64,000 nt of DNA, taken from assembly GCA_016716715.1 (NCBI GenBank), contig JADJVE010000019.1:27083-91082 (forward strand), given 5' to 3'. Source of the DNA: Acidobacteriota bacterium (GTDB lineage Bacteria; Acidobacteriota; Thermoanaerobaculia; UBA5066). Shown here one piece after another: positions 55,619-64,000 of the stretch. Positions within the stretch are counted from its first letter, which is position 1, and each line of letters opens with the position of its first letter. A program made the translations under genes and the position numbers. The notes beneath the pieces were generated by a model. It made no database searches. It saw only the letters and a program-made list of their open reading frames with translations, and was not told the origin of the DNA.

Positions 55619-56485
55619 TCAGCCCCCGCACCCGCCGCAGCCGCCGCCGCACCCGCCGCCTCCGCACGACGAGCCGCACGAGGATCCGCAGGACGAGCCT
55701 GAGATGCCGCCGTCCGAAGACGAGGCCTTCGGGTACAGCTTCTTCAGGTACCCGAAGTCGCCCGCCGGGAGGAGACCGACGCCGAACACCGCGGCGAGGA
55801 GTGCGACCTCGGCGCTCGCGGCGTGCGCACGAAGGGACGGCGCGCGGTGCCGGAGGCCGGAGAAGAGCGTCCTCAGGTCCGCGACGAGGCGGTCGCCCCT
55901 CGCCGTTCGGCGGGGGAAGGCGGCGACGACGAGCGCGAAGGCCGCGAGGAGCGACAGGATGATCAGAAAACCGACGTTTCGCCGCCCGCGCGAGATCGCC
56001 TGCGCCCAGCGCACGCCGGAGACTCCCCAGAGAACGACGAGCCCGACGACGAACGCGCGGATCCGGGCCGCGTTCTCTCCGGGGCCCGGCAGGAGGCGGA
56101 GGTCCTCGAGGGAGGTCCGGATCGGCTCGGTGGCCGCGCCGAGCGCGCGGTCCGTGAACACCGAGGCCGCCTCGCCGAAGGAGCGGAACTTCTCGAGCAG
56201 AGCCGTCTCGAGCGGATTCTTCGCCCGCGCGTCCTTTTTCGTCTGCAACGTCGTGCCGTCGGGGACGAGGAGGCCGCGGTCGACGAGCGTGACGCTCGCG
56301 ACGCGGAGGGCTTCGTTCGGGCCGCCCCGAAGGTACGCGATCAGGTACGGGTCCGTGAGCGAGACGTGTGCGGGCCCCTCATCCTCGGAGCTCTTCCTCA
56401 GGTGCGCGACGACGAAGACAGTCGCTGCCGCGAGTGCGGCGTAGAACAGCAGGAACTGCGGGCCGGCGAGGTCGAACGGGTTCAT
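55619..56485 (-). CDS. TIGR04222-like membrane protein with a Cys/Gly-rich C-terminal tail (candidate MNIO substrate)
   Basis: Start MNPFDLAGPQFLLFYAALAAATVFV. 3-4 TM segments. C-terminus ...[41 protein letters not shown]. Confidence 0.6.
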   Translation of the reverse strand: MNPFDLAGPQFLLFYAALAAATVFVVAHLRKSSEDEGPAHVSLTDPYLIAYLRGGPNEALRVASVTLVDRGLLVPDGTTLQTKKDARAKNPLETALLEKFRSFGEAASVFTDRALGAATEPIRTSLEDLRLLPGPGENAARIRAFVVGLVVLWGVSGVRWAQAISRGRRNVGFLIILSLLAAFALVVAAFPRRTARGDRLVADLRTLFSGLRHRAPSLRAHAASAEVALLAAVFGVGLLPAGDFGYLKKLYPKASSSDGGISGSSCGSSCGSSCGGGGCGGGCGGCGG

Positions 56486-57204
56486 GGCATCCGCCGGGCG
56501 CGCTCGCGCAGAAGAGCGGCGAGCGCCGGGAGCCGGGAGAGGATGCGCGCCGCCTCGCCCGGGGCGAGGGGGCGCCGCTCGCGCACGGCGGAGAGGCTCT
56601 CGACGAGCGCGGGCCATCCGTCGCCGGGCAGGGCGGAGGCAACCTGGCGCAATGCCTCTTTCGGCGAGGGAACGGGTTGGCCTTCGAGCGACAGGAGAGA
56701 CGCGGCGGCGGCGCGGAGCGGGCCCGTGAAGTTCGCGACCGAGCGCCCGGCCTCGTCGTCGCTCCCGCCGTGCAGAGCCCAGGCTTCGCGGAGGCGCAGC
56801 ACGAGGTTCAGGAGCGACTGCGAAAGGCGCCGGCGCAACGCATCCTCCGGGATTCTCAGAGCCGCAAAGGGGTCGCTGCCGAAGAGGACGCGGCGGCGCC
56901 GCGCGATGTCCGCGAACTTGACCGCGAAGGCTTCGGCGGCCTCGGCGATCTCACTCTCCAGGAGAAACATGACCTCGAGCCGGGCCGCCGCCTGCGCGAG
57001 ACGCAAGGCGCCGCGCATGTCCTCGACGCCTTTCTCCGGAAGCGCCTTCAGGACGAGCACCAGGTTGACGTCCGATTCGGGCCGGAGCGCTCCCTCCGCC
57101 GCGCTGCCGAAGAGGACGGCCGAGGACAGATCGCCGCCGAGGCTCGTGCGGGCGGCAGCGAGAAACGCGTCGAGGGCGCGGGCGGTCGGCTCGGGCAGTT
57201 CCAT
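56482..57204 (-). CDS. nucleotidyltransferase (polymerase-beta-like / ANT-like) domain protein
   Basis: Start MELPEPTARALDAFL. AVLFGSAAEGALRPESDVNLVLVL is the GS...D.D NTase motif. Its stop overlaps the downstream start (ATGA). Confidence 0.65.
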   Translation of the reverse strand: MELPEPTARALDAFLAAARTSLGGDLSSAVLFGSAAEGALRPESDVNLVLVLKALPEKGVEDMRGALRLAQAAARLEVMFLLESEIAEAAEAFAVKFADIARRRRVLFGSDPFAALRIPEDALRRRLSQSLLNLVLRLREAWALHGGSDDEAGRSVANFTGPLRAAAASLLSLEGQPVPSPKEALRQVASALPGDGWPALVESLSAVRERRPLAPGEAARILSRLPALAALLRERARRMP

Positions 57205-57227
57205 GGCGAGATCCTCGTTTTGCCGTG

Positions 57228-59240
57228 TTAAGACGATGTGGAGGTGCGCGAGCGCGCCTTGGCGAGCAGCCGCTCCCGGAAGAGGCCCGGCGGGATCTGG
57301 CCCTCGGACAGGAACTCCTCGTGGAAGCGCTTCTCCGAGAAGCCCGGTCCCTCGATCCGGCGGCACTCCTCGCGCAGCGCGAGGATTTCGGCTTTCCCGA
57401 GGTAGTACGTGATGGCCTGCGTCGGCCACTTGGAGTACCGGAAGGCGGCCTTCTTCATCCCGTCCACGGCGGCGCGCTCGGAGGCGCTCGGGTTCGCCTT
57501 CGGGTCGGTCGAGACGGGGCCCTGCACGAAGCGCACGTTTCGCGCGAGGTACGTCACGGCTTCGTCGAACGTCATGAAGCCGCAGTGAAGACCCGTGTCC
57601 ACCACGACGCGCGCGTCGCGCAGGAGCTGGTTCTGGAGCTGGATGAGGCGCTCCTCGGGCGTGTAGAAGCCTTCCGGGAAGCCGTCGCGCGGCTCGCCGA
57701 TCAGCTGCTCGGTGTAGAGGGCCCAGCCCTCGGAGGACAGCGCGTCCTCCCACATCGACGCGGAATCCTCGACACCGCCGGGCAGCAGCCAGCGGATCAC
57801 GGGAATCGACGCCGAGCGCGCGCGCGTGAACTGGTAGTACCAGTCGTGGCCGGGGAAACCCTCGTGGGCGGCCGTGGACGCGATCGCGGGCCGGTTGTGG
57901 TCGCGCAGCGCGGCGAGGTCGTTCCCCGTCGGCGTGACGTAGAACTGCCCGACGCCGCCCTTCTTGAACTGGGGCGCCGGGTAGTACGCGGCGTCGATCG
58001 AGTCGCGCAGGGGCGGCGGCGTGAAGAGGACGTCCAGCCGGTAGTCGGCCGGCAGGTCGAACATGCCCGTCTTCCGCCCGTACGCCACGAGGCGCTGGCA
58101 CGTGTCCCGGTAGGACGCGAGCATCTCCGCGTCGGTCTTCGGGATCTCGTCCTCCAGCTTCGAAACGACGGCGGGCAGGGACGGGTCGGACCAGCCGCGC
58201 GAGATCGCGATGCGGCGCGCGAGAGCCGTCATCTCGGCGAGGGTCGCGGCGACGGCGGTCTTGCCGCGCGCGTGCAGCTCGCGCGGCGTCGCGGAGATTC
58301 CCAGGTTGTTCTTCAGCGCCCAGGTGTATTCGATCTCGCCGGCCGCGTAGCGATCGCGGTCGAAGGCGGGCTTCAGCGTCTTGCCGTCGGGCTGGATGTA
58401 GAGGTCGACGAGGCCCTTTCGGAAGTCGCGAAAGGCGGCGCCGGCGGCTGCGGACGCCGAGAGGAGAGCCGCGCGGCCCGCGTCGTCGAGGGCGGAGCCG
58501 GCTTCTTTCGCGCGCTCCGGGAGCGTCTTCTCGAAGTAGGCAGCCGTCGACGCGGCCGCCTCGACCGACACGGCGATGAGGCGCCGGTCGGGGATCGCGT
58601 CGCCGGAGGCGCCGCGCCGGACGTTCGCGAGAGCCACTTTCAGGTACGCGGGCACGGCGGCGGTGCGAGAGGCGATCGCGGCCCACTCCGCTTTCGTTCC
58701 GCGCGCGGAGCCCGCGCCCGGCTCCATTCCCTGGAGCGTCCACTCGATCCCGCGCAGCGGCTCCTCGAGGAAGACGTCGAGCGCCTTCTCGTGGATCCGG
58801 CGTTCGAGGTTGTGGATCAGGAAGGCGAGCTGGGACTTCATCACGGCCGCGTCGATGCGGTCGGATTCCGGGAGCTTCTTCCGGTCGATCTTCGCGAGGC
58901 GCGCTTCGAAACCGCGAAACTCGTCGCGCTCGGCGAGGAGCGCGGCGGGGGAGTAGTCGCGCAGCTTTCCGTCCAGCGCGGCGTAGGCCGGGTCGAGTCC
59001 GGAGGCGCCGAGGTACGTCGCGACGACGGGAAAGCGGCTCAGGAATGCACGGACGTAATCCTCTTCGAGCGCCGCGAAGACCGAGGCTTTTTGCTTCGGA
59101 GATTTCGGAGAAGAAGAGGAGGGGGATTTCTGCGAATGCGCGGGCAGGGCCAGCGCGGCGAGTAACGCCAGGGCCGCGACGGTTGCCGGGTGCGCGACGC
59201 GGGTGAATGCGGGGATCCGCCCTCTTACCCTTCTAAGCAA
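57228..59240 (-). CDS. DUF885 family protein (secreted, peptidase-like)
   Basis: TTG start supplied by a repeat copy (MLRRVRGRIPAFTRVAHPATVAALALLAALALPAHS signal peptide), with GGGAGG upstream. HEGFPGHDWYYQ and other DUF885 motifs. Confidence 0.65.
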   Translation of the reverse strand: MLRRVRGRIPAFTRVAHPATVAALALLAALALPAHSQKSPSSSSPKSPKQKASVFAALEEDYVRAFLSRFPVVATYLGASGLDPAYAALDGKLRDYSPAALLAERDEFRGFEARLAKIDRKKLPESDRIDAAVMKSQLAFLIHNLERRIHEKALDVFLEEPLRGIEWTLQGMEPGAGSARGTKAEWAAIASRTAAVPAYLKVALANVRRGASGDAIPDRRLIAVSVEAAASTAAYFEKTLPERAKEAGSALDDAGRAALLSASAAAGAAFRDFRKGLVDLYIQPDGKTLKPAFDRDRYAAGEIEYTWALKNNLGISATPRELHARGKTAVAATLAEMTALARRIAISRGWSDPSLPAVVSKLEDEIPKTDAEMLASYRDTCQRLVAYGRKTGMFDLPADYRLDVLFTPPPLRDSIDAAYYPAPQFKKGGVGQFYVTPTGNDLAALRDHNRPAIASTAAHEGFPGHDWYYQFTRARSASIPVIRWLLPGGVEDSASMWEDALSSEGWALYTEQLIGEPRDGFPEGFYTPEERLIQLQNQLLRDARVVVDTGLHCGFMTFDEAVTYLARNVRFVQGPVSTDPKANPSASERAAVDGMKKAAFRYSKWPTQAITYYLGKAEILALREECRRIEGPGFSEKRFHEEFLSEGQIPPGLFRERLLAKARSRTSTSS

Positions 59241-59250
59241 TTTCCAGAAC
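59219..59250 (+). repeat. AT-rich mini-repeat copy forming the 5' end (TTG start) of the DUF885 gene
   Basis: GCCCTCTTACCCTTCTAAGCAATTTCCAGAAC. Confidence 0.45.
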
Positions 59251-59269
59251 CTCCCGTCCTGTCTCTGCG

Positions 59270-60307
59270 CTAGTTGGAACGGGGATTCTCTCTCAACCGC
59301 CCGAGGAAGAATGCCAGCCCAACGGCCCCCGCCGCGAGCGTCGTGAGCAGGTGCAGGAGGCCGCCGAGGACGGCGCCTGTCGCGAGCGGCAGCCCGTCCA
59401 GCGCCGCGGCCGCCGCGAAGCCGGATTCGTACGGGCCGAACGTGCCCGCGGGCGACGGGATCACCGCGGCCGTCGTGATGGACGCGAGGAGCGCGACGGC
59501 AAGCGTCGCGGGGTGGAGGGGCAGGCCGAGGCCCTTCGCGGTCACGAAGAGCGCGGCGAGATGGAGCGCGAGGAATGCGATCGCGGCGAGCGCCGCCCCG
59601 AGGTAACGGTTGGGGGCGCGCCGCGCCACGGCGAGGCCCTCGAGGATCTCCTCGGCGATCGCGCGCCGCTTTCCGCCCTCCGGCAGGCGCGGGGCGAGCC
59701 ACGCGACGAGGCGGCCGGAGACGGCGGGCAGAACGAGAAGAAGTCCGGCCCCGCCGACACACACCGCAGCGGCCGCGGCGCCGAGGACGGGCGTGCCACG
59801 CGCGACGAGCAGCCACGCCGCGCCCGCGACACCCGTGAGGAGGAGCGTCGCCGTGTCGAGGAGCTTCACGAGGGCGAAGACCGCCGCCGATCGCGCCCAC
59901 GTGGTCCCGAGGACGGAGCGCAGCGCGGCCCATGTCCCGACCTCGCCGGTCCGGAAGGGCATCACCTGCAGGAGAAAAGTCGTCGCCCCCGACACGGACC
60001 ACGCGCGGCCGAACGGCACCTCAGCGCCGCGCGGCAGCAGCAGGTTCAGCCGCAGCGCGCGGGGGGCGAAGGCGAGGACGTTGAGCAGGAACCCGAGCGC
60101 GACGAGCCACGGGTTCGCGGAAGAGAGTCGGGAGAAAAGGTCTGCTGAAGAGCGCGTGAACGCCACGGCGGCCAGCACGAGCAGCGCCGTCAAGAGAAGG
60201 AGAGAAAAGAGTTTCTTAGAAAGGGTAAGAGGGGCGGAGCCGGGGCGCGGCCCCTCCGCGCCCGGTTGCGGCGGCGCGTGTCCCGCGGCGGGCATCCGTA
60301 CATTCAC
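59270..60307 (-). CDS. flippase-like (UPF0104 / lysyl-PG-synthase TM region) membrane protein
   Basis: 345 aa, about 8 TM segments. Alternative start at ATG 60295 (MPAAG...), 9 nt downstream of an AAGGTG contributed by a repeat copy. Confidence 0.6.
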   Translation of the reverse strand: MNVRMPAAGHAPPQPGAEGPRPGSAPLTLSKKLFSLLLLTALLVLAAVAFTRSSADLFSRLSSANPWLVALGFLLNVLAFAPRALRLNLLLPRGAEVPFGRAWSVSGATTFLLQVMPFRTGEVGTWAALRSVLGTTWARSAAVFALVKLLDTATLLLTGVAGAAWLLVARGTPVLGAAAAAVCVGGAGLLLVLPAVSGRLVAWLAPRLPEGGKRRAIAEEILEGLAVARRAPNRYLGAALAAIAFLALHLAALFVTAKGLGLPLHPATLAVALLASITTAAVIPSPAGTFGPYESGFAAAAALDGLPLATGAVLGGLLHLLTTLAAGAVGLAFFLGRLRENPRSN

Positions 60308-60340
60308 CTTCTAAGAAATCCGAATCCGAAATCCGAAATA
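60298..60340 (+). repeat. AT-rich mini-repeat copy followed by a 3x tandem heptamer (CCGAAAT / GGATTTC), in the 5' leader of the flippase-like gene
   Basis: CGTACATTCACCTTCTAAGAAATCCGAATCCGAAATCCGAAATA. A further reverse-orientation copy lies at 60183-60228. Confidence 0.5.
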
Positions 60341-60341
60341 T

Positions 60342-61298
60342 TCATCCCCTGTCCCCCTCGCCTGTATTCCGCTTTCTCTTCTCCACGACGAGCTCCTCGA
60401 GGAGCGCGCGGTTGATGGAGATGAGGTCGGCGAGGAGGCCCGACAGGAAGCACACGACCGCGGCGACGAAGAGCACGGCCGCGAGGAGGAGCGACTGGAT
60501 GTGGCCCGCGGGGTTCTGGGCCGTTGCGACGAACCACGCGTACCGTCCGACGAGCGCGAGCCCGGCGAGGCCGAGCAGGGCCGCAAATCCGAAGAAGACC
60601 GGCAGTGGCTTGTAGAGCGCCGTGATCCGGAGGATGTTCGCGCCCTGCACGAGGACGTAGTTCGACGTCCGCCGGATCAGGCGCGACGGCCGCACGGGGG
60701 CGTTCGTCCGGACGGGGACGGACGCGACGGCCATCTCCTTGTTGCCCGCCTGGATGAGCGTCTCGATCGTGTACGTCATCCGCGAAAAGACGTTCAGATG
60801 CATCGCGGCCTCGCGCGTGAGCGCGCGGAACCCGGACGTCGCGTCGGGCACGTCGGTGCCGGAGACCCGCCGGACCACCCATGAGCCGAGCCGCTGAGTC
60901 AGACGCTTGCCGGGCGAGAAGTCCGGCTTCGTCGCGACGCCGCGGTCGCCGACCACGATCTCGGCCTCGCCTCTCAGGATCGGGGCGACGAGGGCCGCGA
61001 CGTCCGCCGCGGCGTACTGGCGGTCGGCGTCCGTCGAGACGATTACGTCCGCTCCGGCGCGGAGAGAGGCGTCCAGGCCGGCCCGCCACGCGAAGGCGAG
61101 GCCGCGGTGGATCGGGAGGCGCACCACGTGGTCGGCTCCCGCCCTCCGCGCGGCCTCCGCGGTGCCGTCGGTCGACCCGTCGTCCACGACGAGCGTCTCG
61201 ACGGCGTCGAATCCCTCGAGCCGCTTTGGCAGCTCCGCGAGGGCGGCGGCGATCTGCTCCGCCTCGTCCCAGGCCGGGATCTGGATGACGAGCTTCAT
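60342..61298 (-). CDS. family 2 glycosyltransferase (polyprenol-phosphate glycosyltransferase-like)
   Basis: MKLVIQIPAWDEAEQI..., VVDDGSTDGT, STDADRQY, and a C-terminal TM helix. Confidence 0.85.
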   Translation of the reverse strand: MKLVIQIPAWDEAEQIAAALAELPKRLEGFDAVETLVVDDGSTDGTAEAARRAGADHVVRLPIHRGLAFAWRAGLDASLRAGADVIVSTDADRQYAAADVAALVAPILRGEAEIVVGDRGVATKPDFSPGKRLTQRLGSWVVRRVSGTDVPDATSGFRALTREAAMHLNVFSRMTYTIETLIQAGNKEMAVASVPVRTNAPVRPSRLIRRTSNYVLVQGANILRITALYKPLPVFFGFAALLGLAGLALVGRYAWFVATAQNPAGHIQSLLLAAVLFVAAVVCFLSGLLADLISINRALLEELVVEKRKRNTGEGDRG

Positions 61299-61333
61299 GG
61301 CGTGGACTCAGAAGGTTAGCAGGGGGCCGTGAT

Positions 61334-61624
61334 ATGACATCACGTGTATCAGGAGGTCTCGATATGAGCTTTCCAGACGAAGAAGAGAAAGAGCCCGATT
61401 TCTCGGACGTCGTGAGCGGCAGCTCCTCGACGGCCGGCGCGCCCGCCGGCGAGACCGTGACCCGGACGTACACCGTGGTCGCGGGCGACAGCCTCTCGAA
61501 GATCGCGAAGAAGATCTACGGCGACGCGAACCGCTGGAAGGAGATCTGGGAAGCGAACAAGGACAAGGTCAAGAACCCGGATCTCATCCACCCCGGCCAG
61601 GAACTGAAGATCCCTGGCGCCTGA
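61334..61624 (+). CDS. LysM peptidoglycan-binding domain protein
   Basis: YTVVAGDSLSKIAKKIYGDANRWKEIWEANKDKVKNPDLIHPGQELKIP is a canonical LysM. Confidence 0.75.
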   Translation: MTSRVSGGLDMSFPDEEEKEPDFSDVVSGSSSTAGAPAGETVTRTYTVVAGDSLSKIAKKIYGDANRWKEIWEANKDKVKNPDLIHPGQELKIPGA

Positions 61625-61639
61625 GAGAAGGAGAAGACG

Positions 61640-62104
61640 ATGAAGAACCGTTTCGCCCTGCCGGTGCTCGTCCTCGCGGCGGCCGTCTCGCTTGCCGCCT
61701 GCGGAAAGAAGGAGCCCCCGCCGCCGCCCCCGACGCCGATTCCGGTCGCGACCGCCGTCCCGACGCCGGTTCCGTTCAAGGTCGTGTCCGTCGACCTCGG
61801 CAAGTCCATCGGCGACGACAAGAAGATCAAGGACGCCGCGACGACGTTCGGACCGAAGGACACGATCCATGCCGTCGTGGCGACCGAAGGCGTCGCCCCG
61901 AAGGTCGCGCTCAAGGCGCGCTGGACGTACGGCGCGAAGGGCACGCTCGTGAACGAGGAAGGACGCGATATCTCTTCGACCGGCCCGGCCGCCACCGAGT
62001 TCCACATCGCGAAGCCGTCGGGCTGGCCCGTCGGGAAGTACAAGGTGGAAGTCTCGGCCGACGGCGCCGTCGCCGCGACGAAGGACTTCGAGGTCAAGAA
62101 GTAG
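61640..62104 (+). CDS. lipoprotein, hypothetical
   Basis: MKNRFALPVLVLAAAVSLAACG lipobox. A Pro-rich linker followed by a beta-rich domain. Confidence 0.6.
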   Translation: MKNRFALPVLVLAAAVSLAACGKKEPPPPPPTPIPVATAVPTPVPFKVVSVDLGKSIGDDKKIKDAATTFGPKDTIHAVVATEGVAPKVALKARWTYGAKGTLVNEEGRDISSTGPAATEFHIAKPSGWPVGKYKVEVSADGAVAATKDFEVKK

Positions 62105-62114
62105 CCTCGGTCCG

Positions 62115-62801
62115 GTGAGGACCCTCTCTCCCGCAACGTTACTCGTCCTCGCGCTCGCCGCATTGCCGGCGAGCGCAGAGGACGGCCCCCCGAAGGAAGA
62201 CCGCGCGTTTCGCGCGCCGGACCTCGTCGAGCTCGTGACGCTCGACCCGACGATCCGCCTCGACGTGCGCTACGCGACGAAGAACAACGAGTTCGGCCGG
62301 CCCTTCTATTCGGAGGCGCGTGCCTTTCTCCAGCGCCCGGCCGCCGAGGCGCTTGCGCGGGTCCAGCGCGCTCTCAAGGCGAAGGGTTACGGCCTTCTCG
62401 TCTTCGACGGCTACCGTCCGTGGTCCGTCACGAAGCAGTTCTGGGACCTGACGCCGGCCGACAAGAAGGTCTTCGTCGCGAACCCGAAGAACGGCTCGCG
62501 TCACAACCGCGGCGGGGCGGTCGACCTCACTCTCGTCGACCTTGCGACAGGGAAGGAAGCCGACATGGGCGGCGCCTACGACGAGATGACGGAGCGCTCG
62601 TACGTGACGTACGACAAGGGCCCGAAGGAGGCGCTCCAGCGCCGCGACCTCCTCCGGGGAGCGATGGAGACGGAGGGCTTCTTCGTCTACCCCTTCGAGT
62701 GGTGGCACTTCGACTGGAAGGACTTCCGCGAGTACGCGGTGCTCGACATCCCCTTCGGGTCGCTGAAGCAGCCCGCGCCCGCGCCGGCCTCCGTGCGCTG
62801 A
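62115..62801 (+). CDS. D-Ala-D-Ala dipeptidase (VanX family, peptidase M15D)
   Basis: LVFDGYRPWSVTKQFWDL, SRHNRGGAVDLTL, and FEWWHFDWKD are the VanX zinc-site motifs. GTG start. Confidence 0.8.
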   Translation: MRTLSPATLLVLALAALPASAEDGPPKEDRAFRAPDLVELVTLDPTIRLDVRYATKNNEFGRPFYSEARAFLQRPAAEALARVQRALKAKGYGLLVFDGYRPWSVTKQFWDLTPADKKVFVANPKNGSRHNRGGAVDLTLVDLATGKEADMGGAYDEMTERSYVTYDKGPKEALQRRDLLRGAMETEGFFVYPFEWWHFDWKDFREYAVLDIPFGSLKQPAPAPASVR

Positions 62802-62803
62802 CG

Positions 62804-63331
62804 ATGGCCTCGCTCCGGCACCGGTTCCTGATGAGGTTCGTGAACCTCTACCCGCCGTTGCTCGGGGCCGGAATCCGGGTGACCTACCCGAAGGACGATC
62901 CGTACACGATCGTCGTGCGGATGAAGCTCCACTGGTGGAACAGGAATCTCTTCGGGACGCACTTCGGAGGGTCGCTCTACGCGATGTGCGACCCGTTCTT
63001 TGTCTTCATCGTGATGAAGAACCTCGGCCCCGGATACCTCGTGTGGGACAAGGCGGTGCAGATCGAATTCCTGAGGCCGGGCCGCGGACGCGTGACCGGG
63101 CGCTATCACGTCCCGCCCGAGGAGGTCGCGCGCGTGAAGGCGCTGGCCGACGGGGGGGAGAAGGTCGAGCCGGTCTACGTCGGCGAGATCGTGGCGGACG
63201 ACGGGACGCTCGTCGCGCGCGTCACGAAGCGGCTCTGGGTGAGGAAGAAGACGGCCTTGTCGGCGCCCGGTCAGTCGTCGGCCGCTGCACCGGAGAACAC
63301 GGCGCCGCCGCGTGCCGCCCAGAAGCCGTAG
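62804..63331 (+). CDS. DUF4442-like (hot-dog/thioesterase-fold) protein (3' end uncertain)
   Basis: MASLRHRFLMRFVNLYPPLLGAGIRV...LHWWNRNLFGTHFGGSLYAMCDPFFVFIV. The tail after about 63250 is likely read-through. Confidence 0.55.
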   Translation: MASLRHRFLMRFVNLYPPLLGAGIRVTYPKDDPYTIVVRMKLHWWNRNLFGTHFGGSLYAMCDPFFVFIVMKNLGPGYLVWDKAVQIEFLRPGRGRVTGRYHVPPEEVARVKALADGGEKVEPVYVGEIVADDGTLVARVTKRLWVRKKTALSAPGQSSAAAPENTAPPRAAQKP

Positions 63332-64000
63332 GCGGCGATCGCGAGGACGACCGCGAGGCAGAAGAGCCCGTACCCCGCGAACCAGCGGGACAGGTCGGGC
63401 GTGATCGGCGCGCCCGAAAGGAGCTGGAAGACTCCCATGCCGACCGCGAGGCCGAGGAGGCCGGCGCGGAAGAGAAGAAGAACGAAGACCGTCGCGCAGA
63501 GGGCGCCCCCCGGCATCTCGAAGAGGGGATTCTCGCGGCCCGCGAACGCCACGAAGAGGACGAGCCACGGCACGGCGGCGGCGAGCGCGGCCTTGCGGAA
63601 CACGAGTCGTCCCAGGAAGAGCGAGGCGATGACGAAGAAGAGGCGGACCAGGCCGTCCGCGGCCGCGAAGAGGACGTGGGCCGCGATGCCGGGCAGCCCG
63701 GACAGGGCCATCGAGCTGACCGGCATCGGCGTCTGGCCGGGGGCCGCGAAGAGCGCGGGCGGGAGGTTCTCGACGCTCACGACGAGGCCGACGAACAGGC
63801 CCGCGAGGACGCCCCAGAGATGGTCGCGCCCGACGAGGGGGTCGCGCAGCCTGCCGGAGAGGAGCCGGGTCCACGAGACCAGGAGTTCGGGGTAACGTCG
63901 CCGGAAGTACGGCTCCAGGGCGAGATACACGACGCCGACGATGAGCCCCGCGGGAAGACTGTCGCCAAGACTCTCCCAGAACGCGCGGTCGAAGGCGCCC
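63271..64000 (-). CDS. membrane protein, C-terminal portion (the gene continues beyond the window end)
   Basis: ORF 63271..63930 extends without a start to the window edge. LALEPYFRRRYPELLVSW followed by several TM segments. Confidence 0.45.
   Translation of the reverse strand, partial: GAFDRAFWESLGDSLPAGLIVGVVYLALEPYFRRRYPELLVSWTRLLSGRLRDPLVGRDHLWGVLAGLFVGLVVSVENLPPALFAAPGQTPMPVSSMALSGLPGIAAHVLFAAADGLVRLFFVIASLFLGRLVFRKAALAAAVPWLVLFVAFAGRENPLFEMPGGALCATVFVLLLFRAGLLGLAVGMGVFQLLSGAPITPDLSRWFAGYGLFCLAVVLAIAAYGFWAARGGAVFSGAAADD

Noticed and set aside
55619-55700. GCC/GGC-rich tandem repeats at the 3' end of the TIGR04222-like gene, considered as a CRISPR or simple-repeat array
   Set aside because: They encode the in-frame Cys/Gly tail (SSCGSSCG...CGGGCGGCGG). 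There are no spacers and no cas genes.

Overview
This is a 64 kb window of a very high-GC (roughly 70%) bacterial chromosome. The gene content suggests an Acidobacteriota- or Gemmatimonadota-like aerobe. Gene density is high and adjacent genes on the same strand often overlap by 1-4 nt (ATGA/GTGA).

Gene content:
(1) dTDP-rhamnose genes rfbA and rfbB.
(2) A heterodimeric ABC exporter pair transcribed divergently from a copper P-type ATPase (copA).
(3) A complete respiratory gene cluster on the minus strand: alternative complex III (actA-F), a hypothetical membrane gene, sco1, and caa3-type cytochrome c oxidase subunits II, I, III and IV.
(4) A run of membrane and housekeeping genes, including histone deacetylase (HDAC), PilZ, methionine gamma-lyase-like, tatA/tatC, an MFS transporter, a RelE/ParE-RHH toxin-antitoxin pair and rapA.
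(5) A 2032-aa alpha-2-macroglobulin gene.
(6) A five-gene minus-strand cluster built around a DUF692 multinuclear non-heme iron oxidase (MNIO)-type enzyme (features 54-58): the enzyme sits next to a membrane protein with a Cys/Gly-rich C-terminal tail, which looks like a candidate peptide-modification (RiPP-like) system.
(7) A GT2, flippase-like and DUF885 block, then LysM, VanX and DUF4442 genes.

Two window-wide oddities stand out:
- A family of about 20-25 short AT-rich repeat copies (core ...CTCTTCACC TTCTAAGAA ATCTTC..., palindromic core TTCTAAGAA / TTCTTAGAA). They sit mostly inside coding sequences in both orientations, usually in frame. One copy in copA carries a TAA stop, and two others appear to supply start codons or Shine-Dalgarno sequences.
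- At least six genes carry frameshifts (rfbB, copA, ctaD, actC, actB, an Ig-like repeat protein, and a heavily degraded ctpA), mostly at G/C homopolymer runs. This points to assembly or sequencing errors rather than genuine pseudogenes.

The supplied ORF track is not exhaustive (the long rfbB reading frame is absent from it). It also lists many antisense shadow ORFs typical of high-GC DNA.
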